From Patescibacteria group bacterium (GTDB lineage Bacteria > Patescibacteriota > Minisyncoccia > RBG-13-40-8-A): a stretch of DNA of 56,442 nt. Below are positions 34,744 through 42,887 of the stretch, piece after piece. The stretch lies in NCBI GenBank assembly GCA_018897295.1, contig JAHILA010000018.1, forward strand, positions 1-56,442, in the 5' to 3' direction. A model generated the notes under the pieces. The model worked only from the letters and a program-made list of their open reading frames with translations, was not told the DNA's origin and ran no database searches. Within the stretch, counting starts at the first letter, position 1. Each line of letters starts with the position of its first letter. Both the position numbers and the translations under genes were made by a program.

Positions 34744-37605
34744 CTAAACTTTGTCAATAGTTAACACCCTTTTGGCGGAAAATATAATTTCTTCGGCAAT
34801 GACTTGCTTTTTGATTTGCTCTGCGTATTTTTCTATAATTTCTTTTCCCTCCTTCGCTGAAGCTACGGAGGACAAGCCGTAATAAACTCTTATCTTATCT
34901 TTCGGCGTTAAATTGGCTTTTTTCCTTAAAACCTGAACACTTCTTACAAAATCCCTAACCATTCCTTCTTCTTTTAATTCTGGAGTAATTTCAGCTCTCA
35001 ACCCTATATTTATGATATCTTTATTTCGATTAGAATCTACAACAATTTTTTTAACGTTTATTTCTTCTTCAATTAATTTCGAGAGTTCACTTTCTAGTTT
35101 AAAATCAGGAATAATTAATTCCGAAAGTGGTTGTCGTACTTTTATCCCTTTTGATGCTCGTATTTGCAGGGCCATACTACAGATTTCTCTAATCTGTTCC
35201 ATTTTTTCTTCAAGCTTTTCGTCAATCAATTTTTTATCTACCTTTGGCCAATCTTCAAGATGAACCGACTCTTTGTCCCCGCCAATTTCCTTATATATGT
35301 GCTCTGCTGTAAACGGCATTACCGGCGCCATTATTTTGGATAATTCCAATAAAACATATTTCAGGGTCTGAACAGCTTCTTTTTTATTATCAGATTTAAA
35401 TCTCTCTCGCGAACGCCTTAAATACCAGGTCGACAATTCATCAATAAATCCGGCAAGCGGCCGAGTGGCTTCATTTAAATCATAATTATTGTATCCTTCA
35501 GTAATTTCTTTTTTCAGAGATTCGATTTTTGAAAGAATCCATTTATCCAAAACATTCTTGCTTTTTGTGCTGGCTTCTGCTTCGCTTTCAAACATTTTAT
35601 AAAACGACAAAACATTCAATAAAATCAGTAAAATCTTTTTTACCACCTCATCAACTCCCTTTTCCGAAAAACACAAATCATCAGCTTTCATTACCGAAGA
35701 AGTGGCTAAATAATAACGCACTGCATCAGCGCCATGTTTTTCAAAAACATTCATTGGGTCAGGATAATTATTCAGATGCTTGGACATTTTTTTGCCGTCT
35801 TCAGCCAAAACCATGCCATTCACAATCACATTTTTAAATGCTTCTTTGCCTTTAATCGCAGACGCTAAAACGTGCAAATAATAAAACCATGCCCTCGTCT
35901 GATCCACGCCCTCGGCAATAAATTGCGCTGGAAAGTTTTCCTCGAATTTCTCTTTGTTTTCAAAGGGATAATGCATTTGTCCATAAGGCATTGAACCCGA
36001 TTCAAACCAACAATCTAAAACATCAGGAATCCTTCGCATCATTCCGCCCTGCCCTGAGCCTGTCGAATGGGCGCATTTTTCACAAGGAAACGTAATTTTA
36101 TCCATAAAGTGTTTATGCAAATCCGTAATTTTTTCTTCGCTTAATTCTTCCAATTCTTTTATTGAACCGATTACTTTTTTCTCTTTGCATTTATCACAAA
36201 CCCAAATTGGAATTACCGAGCCCCAGAACCGCTGGCGCGAAATTGACCAATCGCGCGCGCCTTCCAACCATTTGCCAAATCTCCCCTCTTTAATGTGCTC
36301 TGGCACCCAATTTATTTTCTTGGCATATTTCAGCATTTTATCTTTCAGCTCGATAATATTAACAAATAAAGAAGAAGTTGCGTAATTTAAAAGCGGGGAT
36401 TCGCAACGATAACAAAAAGGATAGGAATGAATAAATTTCTCTGTTTTAAAAACCAGATTTTTCTTCTCTAAAAACTCAATTATTTTTTTATCTGTTGATT
36501 GCGGATTAGATTTCGGCTTAACTTCCAAACCAACAAAATCTTTTGCTTCATCAGTAATCTGTCCGTCTATTTTGACATGCTGGATAAACGGCAGATTTTT
36601 CTCCTTACCCAAATTCATATCATCCTCGCCGAATGCAGGCGCGATATGCACAACGCCTGTGCCATCTTCAATAGTCACAAAATCAGCTAATTGAATCGTA
36701 TAAAGATTTTCCCTACCCGCCATTGCAAGCGAAGCGTTGCGGGTGGATAAATAATAATTAAATAATGGTTTGTATTTTTTACCCTCCAAATCTTTGGCTT
36801 TTGTTTTCCCGATTATCTCATGTTTTTTATTGCCAAAAATTGCATCGAGATTTTGTTCGGCTAAAATGTATTTCCCATCATCTGATTTAACTTCGACATA
36901 ATTGATATGCTTGCCAATTGCTAAAGCAACATTGCCCGGTAGAGTCCAGGGCGTGGTTGTCCAGGCCAAAATATAAGTTCCTGGTTCATCTACTAATTCA
37001 AACTTGGCAATAATTGAAATATCTTCAATGTCCTGATAATTATCGCTTACTTCATGCTGGGATAATGTTGTTTCGCATCTTGGGCAAATATGCATTGATT
37101 TATATCCCTCATAAATCAATTTTTTATCCCATAATTGTTTAAAAACCCACCATACGCTCTCCATAAAGCTTGGATCCATAGTATGATAAGCATTTTCCAT
37201 ATCCGCCCATCTGCCCAATCTCTCAATTACCTTTTTCCATTCGCCCACATATTTTAAAACCTTGCTTCGCGCTATTTCATTGAATCTATCGACTCCAATC
37301 GCCTCAATATCTTTTTTGTGTTTTAATTCCAATTCTTCTTCAACTATGTTCTCAATCGGCAGACCATGGGTATCCCAACCCCATTTTCTTTCTACTTTGT
37401 AACCACGCATTGTCCAGTATCGCGGAACCATATCTTTCATTAAAGATGCGACAATATGACCATAGTGCGGGGTGCCAGTGGCAAATGGTGGCCCATCATA
37501 AAATACAAAATCCCCCTTCGGCGATTTTTTTGCGAGGGATTTTTCAAAAATCTTATTTTCTTTCCAAAATTCCAATATTTTCTTTTCTATTTCAGGTATA
37601 TTCAC
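34744..37605 (-). CDS. ileS: isoleucine--tRNA ligase
   Basis: 953 aa. PPFATGTPHYGHIV, KMSKHLNN, editing domain, zinc-binding cysteines. Confidence 0.95.
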   Translation of the reverse strand: MNIPEIEKKILEFWKENKIFEKSLAKKSPKGDFVFYDGPPFATGTPHYGHIVASLMKDMVPRYWTMRGYKVERKWGWDTHGLPIENIVEEELELKHKKDIEAIGVDRFNEIARSKVLKYVGEWKKVIERLGRWADMENAYHTMDPSFMESVWWVFKQLWDKKLIYEGYKSMHICPRCETTLSQHEVSDNYQDIEDISIIAKFELVDEPGTYILAWTTTPWTLPGNVALAIGKHINYVEVKSDDGKYILAEQNLDAIFGNKKHEIIGKTKAKDLEGKKYKPLFNYYLSTRNASLAMAGRENLYTIQLADFVTIEDGTGVVHIAPAFGEDDMNLGKEKNLPFIQHVKIDGQITDEAKDFVGLEVKPKSNPQSTDKKIIEFLEKKNLVFKTEKFIHSYPFCYRCESPLLNYATSSLFVNIIELKDKMLKYAKKINWVPEHIKEGRFGKWLEGARDWSISRQRFWGSVIPIWVCDKCKEKKVIGSIKELEELSEEKITDLHKHFMDKITFPCEKCAHSTGSGQGGMMRRIPDVLDCWFESGSMPYGQMHYPFENKEKFEENFPAQFIAEGVDQTRAWFYYLHVLASAIKGKEAFKNVIVNGMVLAEDGKKMSKHLNNYPDPMNVFEKHGADAVRYYLATSSVMKADDLCFSEKGVDEVVKKILLILLNVLSFYKMFESEAEASTKSKNVLDKWILSKIESLKKEITEGYNNYDLNEATRPLAGFIDELSTWYLRRSRERFKSDNKKEAVQTLKYVLLELSKIMAPVMPFTAEHIYKEIGGDKESVHLEDWPKVDKKLIDEKLEEKMEQIREICSMALQIRASKGIKVRQPLSELIIPDFKLESELSKLIEEEINVKKIVVDSNRNKDIINIGLRAEITPELKEEGMVRDFVRSVQVLRKKANLTPKDKIRVYYGLSSVASAKEGKEIIEKYAEQIKKQVIAEEIIFSAKRVLTIDKV
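34847..34876. repeat. GC-rich palindromic element, family A copy 2, inverted (inside ileS)
   Basis: ccctccttcgctgaagctacggaggacaag is the reverse complement of the livG/argS copies. Translated as LSSVASAKEG. Confidence 0.75.
36711..36746. repeat. GC-rich palindromic element, family B copy 2 (inside ileS)
   Basis: ccctacccgccattgcaagcgaagcgttgcgggtgg. Translated as TRNASLAMAGR. Confidence 0.7.
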
Positions 37606-39164
37606 ATTTTTTCGGGCTTACTGATGCCCATTAAATTCAAAATATTTTCCAAGACGATTTTTGTAGCCATAATTAATGCCAGACGCGCTTTTTCCAAATC
37701 TTTTTTCTCTCCCAAAACATGGCATTCAGTATAAAATCTATGAAACAATGATGCAACTTTCATTGCGTATGCCGGCAAACGATGAACTTGATAATCTTTT
37801 GCTATTTCTTCAATAATTTCCGGAAACGCGATTAAGTTTTTAATCAGTTCTATTTCAGCAGAATGATTTAGTAATTCTAATTTTACATTCAAATTATGCC
37901 CGCTGGTTTTTCTTAAAATGCTGTTAATGCGGGCATATGCGTATTGGACATAATAGACAGGATTTTTGTCCGATTTCTCTTTTGCTAAATCCAAATCAAA
38001 ATCCATCTGTTTATCATTTGAATGCATCAAAAAGAAAAATCTGACCACATCAGAACCAACTGCATCAAGTAAATCATCCATAGGAATAAAAGTTCCCAGG
38101 CGTTTGGACATTTTTATTTTTTTTCCTTTTTCTATTACTGTAATAAATTGCTGTAAAATTATTTCCAATTGCCCCTTATATCCGATTGCCTCAACCCCAG
38201 CCATTAAGCCAGGCACATCGCCGTGATGGTCAGCGCCCCAGATATTTATTACTTTATCGAATTTTCTCTCCTTAAATTTATTATAATGATAAGCAATATC
38301 GCTGGCTAAATATGTTTTTAAGCCGTCTTTTTTAATCAGAACCCTATCCCGATTATCTCCTAAACTGCTGCTTTTAAACCAAGTCGCGCCATCCTGTTCG
38401 TATAATAAATTTTTGTCTTTTAATAATTTGATTATTTTCTCTGACAAGTCCTTTTTATGCAAATTAGATTCCCAAAACCATTCGTCATATTTAATCCCGA
38501 ATTTATCAATCGTCTTTTTTATCATTTCATCAATAATAATTTCCGCTGCCTTCTGACCTACTTCATATGCGTCTTTTTCCTTAATTCTGTCGGCCAATAA
38601 ATCAATATACTCTCCTTTATACTGCGCCTGGTCATCTTTTAATATTGAATGCCCTAAAACAGCTATTTGGTTCCCGGCATTATTTACATAAAACTCTTTT
38701 TTTATTTTATATCCAACAAAATTTAAAATATTTGCCAAAACATCTCCCATTGGACCGCCTCTGCCATTGGCAACTGTCAGGGGGCCAGTGGGATTAGAGG
38801 AAATAAATTCCACTTGTACTTTTTTGCCTTTACCAATATCGGTTTTCCCGTAATTTTTATTCTCTTTGATAATTTCTTTAATCTGGTTTTGCAAAAATTC
38901 TGGCTTGAAATAAAAATTTATAAAACCATTTACAATATCGATTTTTTCGAAAATTCCATCGTCTATTTTTGACCTGATTTCATTTGCAACTTCCATTGGA
39001 CCTCGCTTTTCTTTTTTTGCTAAAATTAAAGCCACATTTGTGGCATAATCGCCGTATTCCTTATTTTCCGGAATCTCTACAGTAAAATTCTTGTCCTCCG
39101 TAGCTTCAGCGTAGGAGGAAACTGCTTTCTTTATTATTTCCTTAATCTGCTTTCGAATTGTCAT
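37602..39164 (-). CDS. argS: arginine--tRNA ligase
   Basis: 520 aa. SSNPTGPLTVANGRG (HIGH-equivalent), MSKRLG-like KMSK region, DALR anticodon-binding C-terminus. Confidence 0.95.
   Translation of the reverse strand: MTIRKQIKEIIKKAVSSYAEATEDKNFTVEIPENKEYGDYATNVALILAKKEKRGPMEVANEIRSKIDDGIFEKIDIVNGFINFYFKPEFLQNQIKEIIKENKNYGKTDIGKGKKVQVEFISSNPTGPLTVANGRGGPMGDVLANILNFVGYKIKKEFYVNNAGNQIAVLGHSILKDDQAQYKGEYIDLLADRIKEKDAYEVGQKAAEIIIDEMIKKTIDKFGIKYDEWFWESNLHKKDLSEKIIKLLKDKNLLYEQDGATWFKSSSLGDNRDRVLIKKDGLKTYLASDIAYHYNKFKERKFDKVINIWGADHHGDVPGLMAGVEAIGYKGQLEIILQQFITVIEKGKKIKMSKRLGTFIPMDDLLDAVGSDVVRFFFLMHSNDKQMDFDLDLAKEKSDKNPVYYVQYAYARINSILRKTSGHNLNVKLELLNHSAEIELIKNLIAFPEIIEEIAKDYQVHRLPAYAMKVASLFHRFYTECHVLGEKKDLEKARLALIMATKIVLENILNLMGISKPEKM
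39090..39119. repeat. GC-rich palindromic element, family A copy 3 (inside argS)
   Basis: cttgtcctccgtagcttcagcgtaggagga. Translated as SSYAEATEDK. Confidence 0.75.
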
Positions 39165-39196
39165 TACCTTTATTTTAACTTAATTTAGCTTAATTT

Positions 39197-39221
39197 AAAA
39201 GAGACCAGTCAAACTGGCCTC
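39197..39221 (-). terminator. rho-independent terminator after rplT
   Basis: Minus strand: gaggccagtttgactggtctc followed by TTTT. Confidence 0.6.
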
Positions 39222-39237
39222 CTGCTGTATATCCTAA

Positions 39238-39585
39238 TTACTTTTTGATTTCCTCAAGTATCTTTTTAAATGTCTCGGGGTGATTCTCGGCCAACTGCGA
39301 TAGAATTTTTCTATCAATTTCTATTTTATTTTTCTTAATCGCATTGATAAAACGGCTGTAAGAAATTTCGTTTTCTCTGCAAATGGCATTGATTTTTATA
39401 TTCCAAAGATTCCTAAAACTTCTTTTTTTGTTTCTTCGGTCGCGATAAGCATAAGTCCAAGCATGACGCAAAGCATCTTTGGCTAGTCTGTATTTTGCCT
39501 TTCGACCCCATTTGAATCCTTTGGCTAATTTTATGATTTTTTTCTTCCTGGCGCGTTTTTGAACGCCACGTTTAACTCTTGGCAT
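39238..39585 (-). CDS. rplT: 50S ribosomal protein L20
   Basis: 115 aa. MPRVKRGV...AYRDRR.KKR.FR.LWI.RINAA pattern. Confidence 0.9.
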   Translation of the reverse strand: MPRVKRGVQKRARKKKIIKLAKGFKWGRKAKYRLAKDALRHAWTYAYRDRRNKKRSFRNLWNIKINAICRENEISYSRFINAIKKNKIEIDRKILSQLAENHPETFKKILEEIKK

Positions 39586-39591
39586 ATTTTT

Positions 39592-39789
39592 TTACCTATT
39601 CATAAATTCAATAATATTCCTCACCATCTTGGTTTTTGATTCAACTCGTTTTGAATGCCGTTTTGCCCTTTTTTTATTGCCGCTTTGCTTTGCATTCAAA
39701 TGATTCTGATGCGGCAAACGATGCATCAGTTTTTTATTCTTTGTTATTTTAAATCTTTTGACTACTGATTTTCTTGTTTTTCCTGACAT
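39592..39789 (-). CDS. rpmI: 50S ribosomal protein L35
   Basis: 65 aa, basic, K.K..KS..KRFK.T..GK....HA...H; infC-rpmI-rplT synteny. Confidence 0.85.
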   Translation of the reverse strand: MSGKTRKSVVKRFKITKNKKLMHRLPHQNHLNAKQSGNKKRAKRHSKRVESKTKMVRNIIEFMNR

Positions 39790-40346
39790 ATAGTTACACT
39801 CATACCGTGAGGAGATCTTTTTATTTCTTCTTCTTTTTTAACTACCCCGGCAATCATACTTAGAAATAATTCTAATTTCTCTCTCGCTAAATCTCCGTGC
39901 GCTTTTTCCCTGCCTCTTAATTTCATTTCAATTCTTATTTTATGGCCTTCTTTAAAAAATTTCTCTATCTGACGCGTCCTGATTTCCAAATCATGGGGAG
40001 ACGTGGTCAACCCAATTCTGATTCCTTTTATTTCAGTTCTTTTCTGGTGGGCTTGCTGTTTCCTTTCTTTCTTTTCCTGTGTGTATTTATATTTTCCGTA
40101 ATCTATGATTTTACAGATTGGCGGTTCGGTTTTAGATGAAATTTCAACTAAATCTAATCCTTTGTCTTTAGCGATTTTAATTGCATCCTGTGTATTTAAA
40201 ATCCCAAGATTAATTCCGGTTTCATCAACGACCCTTACTTGCGGAACGCGAATTTGTTCATTCGCCTTGTCATTGTTCTGTTTTACAAATCCTCTTCCAA
40301 AACGTCCTCTATCAAATTTTCTAAAAAATGGTTTTTTTATAAACAT
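39762..40346 (-). CDS. infC: translation initiation factor IF-3
   Basis: 194 aa. INEQIRVPQVRVVDETG...LDLVEIS....PICKIIDYGKYKY. The exact start is uncertain. Confidence 0.85.
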   Translation of the reverse strand: MFIKKPFFRKFDRGRFGRGFVKQNNDKANEQIRVPQVRVVDETGINLGILNTQDAIKIAKDKGLDLVEISSKTEPPICKIIDYGKYKYTQEKKERKQQAHQKRTEIKGIRIGLTTSPHDLEIRTRQIEKFFKEGHKIRIEMKLRGREKAHGDLAREKLELFLSMIAGVVKKEEEIKRSPHGMSVTICQEKQENQ

Positions 40347-40426
40347 TAATATATTATTATGAATGACAAAGCCGAAACTAAATGCTTAAACGAATAAAAA
40401 GATTTAATAAGTTATTTATCGCGATC

Positions 40427-41164
40427 TTAAATTTTTTGCCATTCTATGTAACCATCCCTGTCCACATATTCAACAGTCCCTTCTGGTTCGTGACCAATTG
40501 CCTTATATCTTTGTCCTTTAATGACAACCTCTGCCTCGCCACTGTATGATGAAACAACACCCCATCTGATCGTATTATAACTCTTATTTTCTATACCACA
40601 TTCAAGAGCAAGCATTTCAAGTTCATCAGAAGTAAACTGGTTAAATCCTTGACTCAAAGTCTTTTCAGCCAAGTCTACTCTTCGATTTAAAGAGTTAAGT
40701 TGTTGTGTTGACATTCTAAATAATGATTCTTGTTCTGGAGATAACGACTCACTTTTTCTAGTAGTAGATGGTATTTCTTGAGGTATAAATTCTATGTAAC
40801 CATCCCTGTCCACATATTCAGCAGTTCCTTCTGGTCCATGACCCACTGCTTTGTATTTTCTACCATTTATTTCAACTTGAGCCTCACCACTATATTTTGA
40901 AATTCTTCCCTCTCTATCTGTATCGTAAGATTTATCTTGTACTCCGCCTTCTGATGCCATTTTATAAACATCTCGTAATGCTACTGAATCCATATCAGTT
41001 TTAAGCGCTGTTTGTGCATTGTCCATTTGTATTCTAATAATTTCAACCTGTTTCATGGTCTGCTTGAAAATCTCTCTGCCTTCAAAGGCGAGTACTTTTA
41101 ATCCAGACTCTTTGGCCTCCCTGCGCTTTTGTAATGACATGTCGCCTTTAAGTTTTTCTGGCAT
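40427..41164 (-). CDS. hypothetical protein with two copies of an about 45-aa C-terminal-type module
   Basis: 245 aa. ISKYSGEAQVEINGRKYKAVGHGPEGTAEYVDRDGYIEF and VSSYSGEAEVVIKGQRYKAIGHEPEGTVEYVDRDGYIEW. The DNA repeat is near-identical over about 33 nt. Confidence 0.5.
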   Translation of the reverse strand: MPEKLKGDMSLQKRREAKESGLKVLAFEGREIFKQTMKQVEIIRIQMDNAQTALKTDMDSVALRDVYKMASEGGVQDKSYDTDREGRISKYSGEAQVEINGRKYKAVGHGPEGTAEYVDRDGYIEFIPQEIPSTTRKSESLSPEQESLFRMSTQQLNSLNRRVDLAEKTLSQGFNQFTSDELEMLALECGIENKSYNTIRWGVVSSYSGEAEVVIKGQRYKAIGHEPEGTVEYVDRDGYIEWQKI

Positions 41165-41239
41165 AATTTTTATCTTTCTTTATATGACATAAAGTCAATT
41201 TCGGAAAAATTAAATTAAATTATTATTAATACTTATTAA

Positions 41240-41482
41240 TTAAACTAATCGTTTTTTAAAGAAAGCATTGCCCGAACCGGTTTTTAAATATTTTTCGAAT
41301 TGATAGGCCTTCTCTTTCTCTGGAAAAGCACAATAAAAAACTAATTTATATGGTTTTCTTGATGAAGTATAAATAACTCGTCCATTGTTATGTTCTTTAA
41401 TTCTTTGTTTAAGGTCTTCTGTTGAACCAGCGTAATATGTTTTATCTTTCTGGCTTTGAAGGATATAAGTATAATACATCAA
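41240..41482 (-). CDS. GIY-YIG nuclease family small protein
   Basis: 80 aa. YYTYILQS..DKTYYAGSTEDLKQRIKEHN.G pattern. Confidence 0.75.
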   Translation of the reverse strand: MMYYTYILQSQKDKTYYAGSTEDLKQRIKEHNNGRVIYTSSRKPYKLVFYCAFPEKEKAYQFEKYLKTGSGNAFFKKRLV

Positions 41483-41491
41483 AGATATTTG

Positions 41492-41527
41492 CCCTCCTAC
41501 GCTTCACCAAAGCTTCGGAGGACATCC
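41492..41527. repeat. GC-rich palindromic element, family A-like copy 4 (intergenic)
   Basis: Reverse complement ggatgtcctccgaagctttggtgaagcgtaggaggg is family A with a 6-nt longer loop. Confidence 0.6.
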
Positions 41528-41552
41528 TTCGTTTCTATTTAATATTGTCATT

Positions 41553-41626
41553 AGAATGGCAAGGATGGCTTGCCATCCGAAGCTCCGATAGAATGACAAG
41601 GATGGCTTGCCATCCGAAGCTCCGAT
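41553..41626. repeat. tandem direct repeat, 2 x 37 nt, each containing a ggatgg-cttg-ccatcc hairpin
   Basis: agaatg(g/a)caaggatggcttgccatccgaagctccgat twice, 36/37 identical. Followed by the gctccgat-tt-atcggagc palindrome. Confidence 0.85.
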
Positions 41627-41642
41627 TTATCGGAGCGAAGGA

Positions 41643-42001
41643 TGGAGACGGGGAGAATTGAACTCCCGTCTCGAAGGCTCTTTAAAATAATTCGACAAGC
41701 TTGGTCTGTTTATTTTCTCGGTTATTTAGATAAAAAGCAGACAAAAATCAGAATAACCTGACCCAATTTCATTTCAGTGTTTTGCATTGGGAATCAAGAC
41801 ACCTATCTCAAATGCCTTTCGGCACTATAACACTTCAATCGCCTATTGAGAATCTCAATTAAAGTGGCTGCGACTTAATAAATTAAGCTGTAGCGAAAGC
41901 AAAATTTGTTTTTGCGTTTGTTTTTTTCAGATTTTAACGAGATGCTGAAGTCCTCGGCTTGCTTATTTTAAAAAGATCTTCGATCGAAACCTATCGTCCC
42001 C
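41643..42001 (-). ncRNA. ssrA: tmRNA (ssrA), tag reading frame GCA AAA ACA AAT TTT GCT TTC GCT ACA GCT TAA = AKTNFAFATA*
   Basis: 5' GGGGACGAUAGGUUUCGAUCG and 3' GAGACGGGAGUUCAAUUCUCCCCGUCUCCA. Acceptor pairs with a G3:U wobble. T arm GGGAG-UUCAAUU-CUCCC. Directly downstream of smpB. Confidence 0.85.
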
Positions 42002-42473
42002 CAATCTTCCTTCCTAATTCTCTTTCAATATCTCTCTTCTTAATTGATTCTCTTTTATCAATCTTCCTTTTCCCTTTTGCTACCCCGAATTCCAACTTTA
42101 TCTTACTTTTCCTAGTATACAGCCGAATTGGAATTAATGTCAACCCTTTTACCTTTAATTTGCCGATCAGAGAACTAATTTCTGATTTTCTCAATAAAAG
42201 TTTTCTCGGCCTGAGCTGGTTATAATCATCTGGCGTATTGGCTGGCTGGTACGGCGGAATCAGAGCATTGGTTAAATACATTTCTCCGCCCTTTGTGGTT
42301 ACAAAAGAACCTTGTAAACTAACTCGGCCGGTTTTAATTGCCTTAGCTTCAAAGCCAAAAAGCACTAAACCGGCCTCAAGGGTCTCCAATATCTCATAAT
42401 CATAACTATATCTTCTGTTTTCCGCTAAGGCCTTCATTTTTTCTTGTTGGCGCCTCCTTTTCAGTTGCCTCAT
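41991..42473 (-). CDS. smpB: SsrA-binding protein SmpB
   Basis: 160 aa. YEILETLEAGLVLFGFEAKAIK...IPPY.......YN..R.RKLLL...EI conserved core. The likely true start is the Met at 42437. Confidence 0.9.
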   Translation of the reverse strand: MRQLKRRRQQEKMKALAENRRYSYDYEILETLEAGLVLFGFEAKAIKTGRVSLQGSFVTTKGGEMYLTNALIPPYQPANTPDDYNQLRPRKLLLRKSEISSLIGKLKVKGLTLIPIRLYTRKSKIKLEFGVAKGKRKIDKRESIKKRDIERELGRKIGGR

Positions 42474-42765
42474 CGTGCCATTCGTCTATTTTTCTCTCAA
42501 CTACTTCGTCAACGGTTTCAATAATTTTTTTAATCTTATCCTGAACTCGGTCATCAGTGGCTAATTTTTGGAAAATCTGATGGATGGCGATTTTTTTTCT
42601 TCGTTTTCTTAAAGTCAAAATATAAACTCCGATAATTATGAGCAGAATCGGCCAATATGCCCAAACAGCTGCGCTGATTATTCCTGTATTGATTAAAAGA
42701 AGCACAACCCCAACCACAATTAAAAGACCTGCCCAAAATCCTAAACAACAAAATGAATAAAACAT
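42406..42765 (-). CDS. small membrane protein (two TM helices, charged C-terminal tail)
   Basis: 119 aa. No family recognised. Confidence 0.5.
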   Translation of the reverse strand: MFYSFCCLGFWAGLLIVVGVVLLLINTGIISAAVWAYWPILLIIIGVYILTLRKRRKKIAIHQIFQKLATDDRVQDKIKKIIETVDEVVERKIDEWHDEATEKEAPTRKNEGLSGKQKI

Positions 42766-42835
42766 AAAATTATAAATTTCTAATTAACGACCTTTCCTAT
42801 CTTTAATATAACATAAATTCAAAATATAAAAAAGT

Positions 42836-42865
42836 GCGGGATGTCTCCATTGAGAGACATCCCGC
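42836..42865 (-). terminator. conserved hairpin downstream of VR2 (gcgggatgtctc-cattga-gagacatcccgc) followed by a T-run on the minus strand
   Basis: Perfect 12-bp stem. Minus strand continues ACTTTTTTAT. Homologous to 33704-33731. Confidence 0.65.
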
Positions 42866-42887
42866 CAAGAATTCAAGAATTCCAGAG

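Noticed and set aside
41553-41626. Possible CRISPR array
   Set aside because: There are only two directly abutting 37-nt units with no spacers. No cas genes or other CRISPR-like arrays are present anywhere in the window.
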